Source: a virus. From it: a DNA stretch of 64,000 bases. The notes beneath the pieces are model-generated. The model had not been told where the DNA came from. It did not search any database and saw only the letters and a list, made by a program, of their open reading frames with translations. This document shows positions 63,936 to 64,000 of this stretch, piece after piece (position 1 is the stretch's first letter; each line of letters opens with the position of its first letter). A program made the position numbers and the translations under genes. The stretch lies in IMG/VR virus record IMGVR_UViG_3300045988_117831. One strand, written 5' to 3'.

Positions 63936-64000
63936 ATCTTCAGCCGTCGCGATATACTCCTCAGGCCGGTCGCGAAAGCAGCCGGCCTTTCGACATAAGA

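Overview
This window looks like most of a ~65-kb virulent, contractile-tailed (myovirus-type) dsDNA phage genome. GC is about 55% and there is no integrase, repressor, tRNA, CRISPR array or rRNA. The gene content (DnaE-type polymerase, SNF2 helicase, ATP-ligase, ThyX, sheath/tube tail) is reminiscent of PB1-like Pseudomonas myoviruses, but that is my impression only, not a database result. The window divides into eight regions:

(1) 1-8185, + strand: a replication and nucleotide-metabolism operon. It holds the C-terminal 605 codons of a DnaE-type (Pol III alpha-like) polymerase, a VRR-NUC-like nuclease, an SNF2 helicase, a coiled-coil plus acidic-tail pair of possible recombination genes, a Gly-rich holin-like membrane protein, a MazG-like enzyme, an ATP-dependent DNA ligase and an isolated small basic protein.

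(2) 8210-34738, - strand: the complete lysis and virion module. In order along - strand transcription, from 34738 down to 8210: portal, MuF-like head morphogenesis protein, a ~650-bp repeat-rich non-coding island, prohead protease/scaffold, major capsid protein, head-tail connector genes, tail sheath, tail tube, several paralogous tube-like and tail genes, tape measure with an SLT lytic-transglycosylase domain, baseplate spike, baseplate J, wedge, a 962-aa tail fibre and a GH19 endolysin.

(3) 34919-41260, + strand: a block of about 14 small genes. Several encode membrane proteins, zinc-ribbon proteins or a DUF2786-like protein. It sits between the portal gene and the large terminase gene.

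(4) 41297-42679, - strand: large terminase, standing alone.

(5) 42850-49225, + strand: about 16 small early-type genes. Most are preceded by a conserved sigma70-like promoter plus a conserved CA-rich leader.

(6) 49392-56647, - strand: a possible small-terminase-like gene, a ~900-bp non-coding region homologous to the island in the head module, then a VirE/P4-type primase-helicase, an AEP PrimPol and accessory genes.

(7) 56816-63935, + strand: an SF1 RecD/Dda-like helicase, a long KEA-repeat charged protein, an FAD/NAD-binding protein, ThyX, a HAD-like hydrolase and small ORFs.

(8) The most unusual signals are two homologous ~330-bp non-coding elements, at 30870-31210 and 50385-50690. Each is built from a 19-bp inverted repeat flanking an AT-rich core, is studded with AATTACC iteron-like motifs, and is flanked by strand-symmetric G-depleted sequence. 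Two further unusual signals are a family of more than nine near-identical promoter-leader cassettes and the split arrangement of the packaging genes.
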